Below are positions 63,407-64,000 of a stretch of 64,000 nt of DNA, piece by piece. The notes under the pieces were generated by a model. The model saw only the letters and a program-made list of their open reading frames with translations, had not been told where the DNA came from and searched no databases. The stretch comes from Eledone cirrhosa (taxonomy: Eukaryota). The DNA lies in the NCBI GenBank assembly GCA_964016885.1, contig OZ024740.1, positions 357,926,001 through 357,990,000 of the forward strand. Direction: 5' to 3'. How positions within the stretch are numbered: the first letter of the stretch is position 1; the number at the start of each line of letters is the position of its first letter. The position numbers were made by a program, and so were the translations under genes.

Positions 63407-63656
63407 CCTCTTCTGAGTTAATTGTTTATACTTTTCATAATAGTAAGGTGAGGAAGTAGAGATTGCAATCTCAAGGTCTTTTCCAGATACGTTAGCAGCA
63501 AAAATGAAGTTAAACAATGATAAACAAGGAACTTCTTCCTTGTACAATGGCATAAATGTACTGATACAGAAGAATATAGACTTTTTCATTAACTGTGAAG
63601 GTAGTCTGTGCTGTTTCTTTAGCAAAGACAATGACCTATCCCAAGGCCTATAACAC
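63407..63656 (-). other. Possible coding exon of an unidentified gene
   Basis: ttttcaattag| acceptor, 250 nt open in one frame (CYRPWDRS...KQLTQKR), |gtaaac donor. No recognisable homology. Confidence 0.25.
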
Positions 63657-64000
63657 CTAATTGAAAATATCATTCATAATTTATTAATGTTAACTAATGA
63701 GAATTTTGGGTTCGTCTTCCTTGCTTTTTTAATGAAAAACAGTAATTTAGATAATGATAGTGCTCATTAATAACGGCATAATTTAAACTAATTATAATTA
63801 CTTGTCTTACTACATCAAATATGTTGGTGTCTATTTTAAGATTAAGATATAGTTGATATAGTAAAGAAGTCCTAAAGAAATTATGGGCAGCATCTGCAAC
63901 TGTTAAATCTGATTATAGTGCCATAATTCCCAACTCAGGTTTAACTTTGATTTGCTTGTAGACAATTTTACTATATACATAGAGGCTTTGTTATTTAGCC

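Overview
AT-rich, microsatellite-dense eukaryotic DNA. The SINE and RTE repertoire suggests a cephalopod (octopus-like), which is an inference. The only confidently recognisable host gene is glutamine:fructose-6-phosphate amidotransferase (GFAT/GFPT) on the minus strand. Its 7-nt first coding exon is at 19252-19258, followed by a ~16.2 kb intron and a 108-nt second exon at 2973-3080; the gene continues past the left edge. Most other recognisable sequence is transposon-derived: RTE, R4/Dong-like and CRE-like LINEs, a Gypsy relic, mariner and piggyBac derivatives with MITEs, two tRNA-derived SINE families, a complete 1,050-bp non-autonomous Helitron, and Penelope-like element (PLE) material. The most striking signal, which the ORF track does not show, is a set of hammerhead-ribozyme (HHR) modules inserted in (TA)n tracts. 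These are a perfect 167-bp-arm palindrome with two back-to-back HHRs in GFAT intron 1, a 176-bp-arm fold-back with an HHR at the arm junction, a GIY-YIG PLE with a long-loop HHR, and a fourth fold-back remnant. A bipartite RTE derivative with a possible HDV-like ribozyme was also seen. Everything was read by eye, so boundaries of decayed repeats are approximate.
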